Shown here one piece after another: positions 57,933 through 64,000 of a DNA stretch of 64,000 nucleotides. A program made the position numbers and the translations under genes. The stretch is from the NCBI RefSeq assembly GCF_013004595.1, contig NZ_JABEMC010000003.1:248001-312000 (forward strand), given 5' to 3'. Position 1 is the first letter of the stretch. Every line of letters starts with the position of its first letter. The stretch is from Brevibacterium luteolum (GTDB lineage Bacteria; Actinomycetota; Actinomycetes; Actinomycetales; Brevibacteriaceae). The notes under the pieces are model-generated. The model was given only the letters and a program-made list of their open reading frames with translations, did not search any database and was not told the DNA's origin.

Positions 57933-60197
57933 ATGGGATTCCTCTCCCGCCTGCTCAACCGACCCGGTGCCCAAGCAGACAAGAGCATCGGCTGGCTCGA
58001 GAAGGCCTGGCCGCAGATCGACACCCTGGCCGAGGAGTACGCCGAACTCAGCGATGAGGACATCGCGGTGAAGGCCGCTGACATCTTCACCTCCGGATCG
58101 CGGCAGGAGCAGCTGCGCCAGTACGCATCCCTCGTGCGCGAAGCCGCCGACCGGGCACTCGACGAGCGGCCCTACAATTCCCAGATCCAGGGACTCATCG
58201 GCCTGCTTGACGGCTCGATCGTGCAGATGCTCACCGGTGAGGGCAAGACGCTCGTCGGTGCGATGGCCGCTGCCGGCTACGCGCTGCAGGGCCGCACCGT
58301 GCACGTCGTGTCCGTCAACGACTACCTCGCCGTGCGCGACCGCAACTGGATGAAGCCGCTGTTCGACCTCCTCGGCGTCGAATCGGCCAGCATCTCAGAA
58401 GCTGACAGCGATGGCACACGCCGCCGGTCCTACCGCGCCGAAGTCGTCTACGGGGCGGTCACGGAGATCGGGTTCGACGTCCTGCGCGACCGGTTCATCG
58501 TCGATGACGATGAGATCCGCGTGCCCAGCCGCGACGTCGTCATCGTCGACGAAGCCGATTCGGTGCTCATCGACGAGGCCCGCGTGCCCCTCGTGCTCGC
58601 CGGCTCAACCGAGGTGCAGGACGCCGATGAGAAGATCGCCGCCCTCGTGACGAACCTCGAACCCGGTCTCCACTACGAGGTCAGCGACGACAAGCAGGCC
58701 GTCTCGCTCACCGATGCTGGCGTCGACCACATCGAAGAGCTCCTCGACGCCGACCTCTTCGGCGAGGACGCCCAGACGCTGGCGGCCATCAACCTCGCCC
58801 TCTACGCCGAGGCGCTCGTCAAGCGCGATGTCGACTATCTCATCGTCGACGGTCAGGTGAAGCTCATCTCCGGCTCCCGCGGACGTGTCGCCGATCTGCA
58901 GCGCTGGCCCGATGGCCTGCAGGCGGCCGTCGAGGCCAAGGAGAAGCTCAAGACCACCGAATCCGGTGAGATCCTCGACCAGATGACCGTCGAGGAATTC
59001 ATCCGCGGCTACGAGACCGTCTGCGGGATGACCGGCACCGCCCTGGCGGTCGGAGATGACCTGCGCGAGTTCTACGACCTGGAGATCGTCCCGGTCGAAC
59101 CGCATGAGAAGGTCATCCGCGAAGACGAACCCGACCGGCTCTACACCTTCCAGGAATCCAAGGAGCGTGCGATCGTCGAGGAAGTCGACGAACAGCACGC
59201 CAACGGCCGGCCGATCCTCATCGGCACCCGCTCAGTCGCCGAATCCGAAAGCCTCGCCGAGCGGCTGCGCGAACGCGGGATCTCCTGCCAGGTGCTCAAC
59301 GCCAAGGACGACTCCCGCGAAGCCGAGATCATCGCCGAGGCCGGCCGCAGCGGAGCGGTGACCGTGTCCACCCAGATGGCCGGTCGCGGCACCGATATCC
59401 GGCTAGCCGATGAGAAGGCCGTCGAAGCCGGCGGTCTGCTCGTCATCGGCGCTGGACGCTACCCGTCCTCGCGACTGGACGACCAGCTGCGCGGACGCGC
59501 CGGCCGGCAGGGCGATCCGGGCTCCTCGGTGTTCTTCACCAGCCTTGAGGACGAGCTCATGAGCCGGGTGCCCGAGGCCAAGCGCTTCGTCGAGGAAGGC
59601 GATGAGACCGGCCACATCGCCAACCGGCGCGCAGCCCAGCTCGTCGAACACGCCCAGCGCATGTCGGAAGGCCACAACACCGCCGTGCACCGCGATACGT
59701 GGCGGTTCAACCAGCTGATGAAGCAGCAGCGCGAGATCGTGCTCGGCAAGCGCGACCGGATCCGCAAGGAGCATTCGGGTGCCGACGAGCTGCGTGAGCG
59801 GCTGCCGGAGCAGACCGAGGCCTGGGATGAGAGGCTCGGCAGCGAGATCGTCAACGACGCACTGCGCGATGTGCTGCTCTTCCAGCTCGACCAGCGGTGG
59901 GTCGAGCACCTGGCCTACCTCAACGACCTGCGCGAGGGCATCCACCTGCGCACCCTGGCCAAGGAGCGCCCGCATGAGGCATTCAACACCGAATCGATCC
60001 AGGCCTTCGACACCTTCTGGCCCGACGTCCTCGACGCCGCAACCGCGGCGCTGGAAGACGCTGAGATCACCGAAGCCGGCATCGACCTGCCCTCCCACGG
60101 CATGAAACGCCCGTCCTCGACGTGGACGTATCTCACCACCGAGTCGACGTTCGGCTCGGACATCGAAACCGTCGTCAAGCGGGCACGGGGACGCTGA
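57933..60197 (+). CDS. secA2: Accessory Sec translocase ATPase SecA2
   Basis: MLTGEGKT, VDEADS, GMTGT, STQMAGRGTDI and QLRGRAGRQGDPG motifs; short 754 aa actinobacterial SecA2 type. Confidence 0.9.
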   Translation: MGFLSRLLNRPGAQADKSIGWLEKAWPQIDTLAEEYAELSDEDIAVKAADIFTSGSRQEQLRQYASLVREAADRALDERPYNSQIQGLIGLLDGSIVQMLTGEGKTLVGAMAAAGYALQGRTVHVVSVNDYLAVRDRNWMKPLFDLLGVESASISEADSDGTRRRSYRAEVVYGAVTEIGFDVLRDRFIVDDDEIRVPSRDVVIVDEADSVLIDEARVPLVLAGSTEVQDADEKIAALVTNLEPGLHYEVSDDKQAVSLTDAGVDHIEELLDADLFGEDAQTLAAINLALYAEALVKRDVDYLIVDGQVKLISGSRGRVADLQRWPDGLQAAVEAKEKLKTTESGEILDQMTVEEFIRGYETVCGMTGTALAVGDDLREFYDLEIVPVEPHEKVIREDEPDRLYTFQESKERAIVEEVDEQHANGRPILIGTRSVAESESLAERLRERGISCQVLNAKDDSREAEIIAEAGRSGAVTVSTQMAGRGTDIRLADEKAVEAGGLLVIGAGRYPSSRLDDQLRGRAGRQGDPGSSVFFTSLEDELMSRVPEAKRFVEEGDETGHIANRRAAQLVEHAQRMSEGHNTAVHRDTWRFNQLMKQQREIVLGKRDRIRKEHSGADELRERLPEQTEAWDERLGSEIVNDALRDVLLFQLDQRWVEHLAYLNDLREGIHLRTLAKERPHEAFNTESIQAFDTFWPDVLDAATAALEDAEITEAGIDLPSHGMKRPSSTWTYLTTESTFGSDIETVVKRARGR

Positions 60198-60214
60198 ACC
60201 GCTCGCGCCTGGCA

Positions 60215-60248
60215 CGCCGCCGCCTCACCAGCCGGTGAGGCGGCGGCG
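60215..60248. terminator. Hairpin terminator between secA2 and helY
   Basis: CGCCGCCGCCTCACC-AGCC-GGTGAGGCGGCGGCG. Confidence 0.65.
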
Positions 60249-60285
60249 CCGTATCAGAAGTCGCTGTGGAGGCGGCGCTGTCGTA

Positions 60286-62985
60286 TCAGGAGTCGGCGAC
60301 GACGCCGCGGCGGATCGCATCGGCAGCCCGGCGCACGGTCGGTTCGACCGCCGGTGGACAGACATCGGCGATCTGGCCGAGCATGTCGAGGGTCTGCTTG
60401 GCCCAGCGCACGAAGTCACCGGCGGCGACATCGCTGCCGGCCAGCGCGCCGCTGAGGTTCTTGCCCTCGGTCCAGCGGAAGATCGCCTGCACGAGACCGA
60501 AGTCAGGTTCGGGTGTCGGCGGCAGCCGGAAGTCAGTCTCAAGCCGGAACAGGTCAGCCCACAGCCCGCGCAGCTCGCCGGCAGCGTCGTGCAGGCCGGC
60601 GGTCGGCATCGGGGGCATTCCCCAGCCGCCTTCGCGCCGGGACTGGTAGCACAGTGCTGATGCCAGGCCTGCCGCCTCGGGTTCGGTCAGCTCATCCCAC
60701 AGGCCTGCGCGCACGCTCATCGCCGCGAGCAGGTCGCGTTCACCGTAGATGCGGCGCAGGATCCGCGAGTCATCGGGCAGGAAGTGCAGCGCGGTGAGCA
60801 CCGAGCACACCCGGTCGAAGACGTGGGCGATCGATGAGGTGCGCCCGGAGATCTGCTTGCGCAGCTGGGCGGTCTCCTGCTGCAGCTTGAACAGCCGTTC
60901 GGCCCAGCGGGCATGGTTCTCCCGCTCCGGGCAGGAATGGCACGGGTGAGCGCGCAGCTGCTGGCGGACCTCGTCGATTTCGGCCTCGCCGCTGCGCTGC
61001 GGGCGGTGCTTGGTCTTGTGCTTGCCCTTCGGTGAGGTCAGCTGGCCGCGGTCGAAAGCCGCCTCCATCGTCTCGATGACCTGCCGGCGGGCGGCGACCT
61101 GCCGGTGGTTGAACTTCCGAGGCATGCGGATGTGGCCCAGCAGCTGAGCCGGTTCGGTCACCTCGTGCGGGCGCAGATGCCAGACCTTGCCGAAGCTTGT
61201 GAGGATCGTCGGCAGCCGGGACGTGCCGTCCTGGCTCTGCATCTCCTGGATGACAACAGCCGGTTCGGAGAACTTGTGCGACGGCAGCACGATGACGTCA
61301 CCGGGTTGCAGTCCGGCCAGCGATTCGACGACGTCACGCTGCTTGACTTTCGAACGGTACCGGCTGGCCTTCTTCTCCATCGTCGACAGCGTCCGGCGCA
61401 GCTGCGCATAGGACATGAAGTCCCCGGCCTCGCACTCTATCGACCGTTCGTAGCCGGCCATGGCCTCTTCATTGCGGCGCAGCTTCTTCGCCAGACCCAC
61501 CACACCGCGGTCGGCCTGGAACTGCGCGAACGAAGTCTCCAGCACCTTCGCGGCATCGTCCTTGGTCATCCGGGCCAGCAGGTTGGCAGCCATGTTGTAC
61601 GTCGGGGTGAACTGGCTGCGCAGCGCATAGGTGCGCTTCGAGGCCAGCGACTGGATCTCCTCGGGCTCGATCGTCGGATGCCACACGACCACGGCATGGC
61701 CTTCGATGTCGATGCCGCGCCGCCCGGCCCGGCCGGTCAGCTGGGTGTACTCGCCTGGTGTGATCTGGACATGGGACTCGCCGTTGAACTTCGTCAGCTT
61801 CTCCAGCACCACGGTGCGGGCGGGCATGTTGATGCCCAGTGCCAGCGTTTCGGTGGCGAAGACGACGTGCAGGTGCCCGGCGGCGAAGAGCTCCTCGACG
61901 AGCTCCTTGAACTGCGGGATGAGCCCGGCGTGGTGGGCGGCGAACCCGTGGATCATGCCGGTGGCGAAGCTGTGGAAGCCGAGCACGCCGAGATCCTCTT
62001 GGGCCAGTTCGTCCTGCAGGTCCTCGAGCCGGGCGCGGATGTGGCGCTTCTGCGTCGAGGTGGTGAGATCGAGACCGGCGGCCAGGCACTGTTCGACAGC
62101 GTCATCACAGGCGCTGCGGGAGAAGATGAAGTAGATCGCCGGTAAGAGCCGCTCATGCAGCAGTTCGCTGATGAGCGAGGTGCGCGAAGGACGCTGGAAG
62201 CGCATCTGCCGAGGGTTGCGGCGATCCCGGCGGCTGGTCGGCCGGCGGGTGAACTTCTGGGTCGCATACGTCAGGTCGCGGTTGAGCTTGTGCGCGTTCT
62301 TCTTGCCCGGGGCGAAGAGCGGGTAGAGATTCGTGCCGACGGCGACATGGTTGTACAGCGGCACCGGCCGGTGCTCGGAGACGATGACGTCGGTGTCGCC
62401 GCGCACCTCGGCCAGCCAGTCGCCGAACTCCTCGGCGTTCGACACAGTCGCCGACGGGCTCACGAGTGCCACGTGCATCGGCAGATGGATGATGACCTCT
62501 TCCCACACCGGCCCGCGGAACCTGTCGCCGAGGTAGTGGACCTCGTCGAGGACGACGAAGCCGAGCTTCGACAGGTCGGTGCCGGAGTAGATCATGTTGC
62601 GCAGCACCTCGGTGGTCATGACGATGACCTGGGCGTCGCGGCGGATCGTCGTGTCTCCGGTGAGCAGCCCGACGTTGTCCTCGCCGTACTCCTCGCACAG
62701 CTCCTGGAACTTCTGGTTGCTCAGCGCTTTGATCGGGGTGGTGTAGAAGGCGCGCACACCGCGTTCGAAGGCCAGCCGCACAGCGAACTGGGCGACGACG
62801 GTCTTGCCGGCTCCCGTCGGGGCCGCCACGAGCACAGACTTGCCGGCCTGCAGCGACAGGCAGGCGGTCTGCTGGAAGTCATCGAGCTCGTAGTCGAGTT
62901 CAGCGGCATAGCGGCCAAGCGGTGAGCCTGCCTCCTTCACTCGTCGCTGGTGAGCGGCATAGGCTTCGGCAGGTGAGAGCTCCAT
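60286..62985 (-). CDS. helY: Ski2-like DEAD/DEAH helicase HelY
   Basis: PTGAGKT, DEVH, SAT, TETLALGINMPA and GRAGRRG motifs; located downstream of tatC. Confidence 0.93.
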   Translation of the reverse strand: MELSPAEAYAAHQRRVKEAGSPLGRYAAELDYELDDFQQTACLSLQAGKSVLVAAPTGAGKTVVAQFAVRLAFERGVRAFYTTPIKALSNQKFQELCEEYGEDNVGLLTGDTTIRRDAQVIVMTTEVLRNMIYSGTDLSKLGFVVLDEVHYLGDRFRGPVWEEVIIHLPMHVALVSPSATVSNAEEFGDWLAEVRGDTDVIVSEHRPVPLYNHVAVGTNLYPLFAPGKKNAHKLNRDLTYATQKFTRRPTSRRDRRNPRQMRFQRPSRTSLISELLHERLLPAIYFIFSRSACDDAVEQCLAAGLDLTTSTQKRHIRARLEDLQDELAQEDLGVLGFHSFATGMIHGFAAHHAGLIPQFKELVEELFAAGHLHVVFATETLALGINMPARTVVLEKLTKFNGESHVQITPGEYTQLTGRAGRRGIDIEGHAVVVWHPTIEPEEIQSLASKRTYALRSQFTPTYNMAANLLARMTKDDAAKVLETSFAQFQADRGVVGLAKKLRRNEEAMAGYERSIECEAGDFMSYAQLRRTLSTMEKKASRYRSKVKQRDVVESLAGLQPGDVIVLPSHKFSEPAVVIQEMQSQDGTSRLPTILTSFGKVWHLRPHEVTEPAQLLGHIRMPRKFNHRQVAARRQVIETMEAAFDRGQLTSPKGKHKTKHRPQRSGEAEIDEVRQQLRAHPCHSCPERENHARWAERLFKLQQETAQLRKQISGRTSSIAHVFDRVCSVLTALHFLPDDSRILRRIYGERDLLAAMSVRAGLWDELTEPEAAGLASALCYQSRREGGWGMPPMPTAGLHDAAGELRGLWADLFRLETDFRLPPTPEPDFGLVQAIFRWTEGKNLSGALAGSDVAAGDFVRWAKQTLDMLGQIADVCPPAVEPTVRRAADAIRRGVVADS

Positions 62986-63081
62986 ATCGCACCAGTCTAC
63001 CGCTTCAGAAGCGGCCCGGCTGGTGCAGGCTCGCCCGCAATCTGGGGGCTCAGGACGGTGCCGGGCAGCCGGACGAGCAGC

Positions 63082-63903
63082 TCAGACCTCGTCGAGTTCC
63101 GCCGGGTCGACCCAGGTGCCCTCGGCGATCATCCGCTTCTTGCGTTTGCGGTCATTGAGCAGGCAGATGACCCAGGCAAGGAAGAACATCAGCATCATCG
63201 GGATGACGAGGAAGAACATCGACAGTGCATCCGGTGATGGGGTTGCGATCGCCGCGAAGGCGAAGACGAGCACGACGATCCACCGCCACGAGCGGCGGAT
63301 CGTGTCAGCCGACAGGATCCCGACGAGGTTGAGCCCGACCATGAGCACCGGCAGCACGAAGGCGATGCCGAAGACGACGATGATGAGCATGACGAAGGAG
63401 AAGTAATCCTGCGCGGGCACGAAGTTCGACGCGCCCATCGGCGTGAACGTCATGAGTGCGCGCACGGCGTTGGGCAGGGCGAAGAACGCCAGGGCTGCGC
63501 CTGCGAAGAACAGCGGGACGGCTGCGGCGAGGAAGCCGAGTGCGTAGAGCTTCTCCTTCTTCGTCAGCCCGGGCATGATGAACGCCCACAGCTGGTAGAG
63601 CCACAGCGGGGTGGTGAGGATGATGCCGAGGAACAGCGAGACCTTGATCTTGAGATCGAACGGGGAGGCGACGCCGGCGAAGTTCAGGGTCGCGTCACGG
63701 CCGTCCTGTTCGGCGACCTGCCGGATCGGGGTCTGCAGGATGTCGAGGACCGGGTCGTAGAGGATCCAGCCGACGATCCCGCCGATCAGCAGACCGATGA
63801 GGCAGATGATGACCCGATTGCGGAGCTCGAGGAGATGCCCGCCCAGGGACATCCGCTTCTCGGGGTTCTGACGTCGGGGCAGACGTCTGGGAAGTTTCGC
63901 CAC
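63082..63903 (-). CDS. tatC: Twin-arginine translocase subunit TatC
   Basis: MSLGGHLLELRNR, YQLWAFIMPGL and ATPSPD motifs; six TM helices. Confidence 0.96.
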   Translation of the reverse strand: MAKLPRRLPRRQNPEKRMSLGGHLLELRNRVIICLIGLLIGGIVGWILYDPVLDILQTPIRQVAEQDGRDATLNFAGVASPFDLKIKVSLFLGIILTTPLWLYQLWAFIMPGLTKKEKLYALGFLAAAVPLFFAGAALAFFALPNAVRALMTFTPMGASNFVPAQDYFSFVMLIIVVFGIAFVLPVLMVGLNLVGILSADTIRRSWRWIVVLVFAFAAIATPSPDALSMFFLVIPMMLMFFLAWVICLLNDRKRKKRMIAEGTWVDPAELDEV

Positions 63904-63911
63904 CGACGGCC

Positions 63912-64000
63912 TCAGAGGCGGTCGTCGTGCCGCGGCTCACCTTCGGTGCGGGGTTCGCCGATGCGCTCCTCTGCAGTCCTCTCGGCCCGGTGGGAGCCAC
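63912..64000 (-). CDS. C-terminal tail of the upstream gene, probably TatA (partial)
   Basis: Open hydrophilic frame ending TGA 8 nt before tatC; identity inferred from synteny only. Confidence 0.45.
   Translation of the reverse strand, partial: GSHRAERTAEERIGEPRTEGEPRHDDRL

Overview
High-GC actinobacterial chromosome segment; gene content and order suggest Micrococcales, possibly Brevibacterium-like (inference). It is mostly core genome: partial glnA, lipAB, dlaT/sucB-lpdA-pepA, pyrD, a HesB/SufA protein plus aat, the ctaCDF and ctaE-qcrCAB respiratory operons, trpD, a DnaQ-UvrC exonuclease, plsC, MerR, ParA, sbcCD, pyc-def, hsp20, ferritin, rlpA, rbpA, ppm1, secA2, helY and tatC. I saw no transposase, integrase, CRISPR array, rRNA or tRNA. 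The most notable non-coding signal is a 28-bp XerCD dif site at 49833-49860, which places the window at the likely replication terminus. A second, inverted XerD-like arm lies about 380 bp away in an ORF-poor stretch. Other points of interest: a 5'-3' exonuclease fused to a DEDDh 3'-5' exonuclease, a membrane pseudokinase, a degenerate amidohydrolase where lnt is usually found, back-to-back PafBC-type DNA-damage promoters that implicate a small Cys/His protein, three SigH/SigR-type promoters, HAIR, CRP and DtxR boxes, and many leaderless genes. All calls come from reading motifs by eye; no database searches were run.
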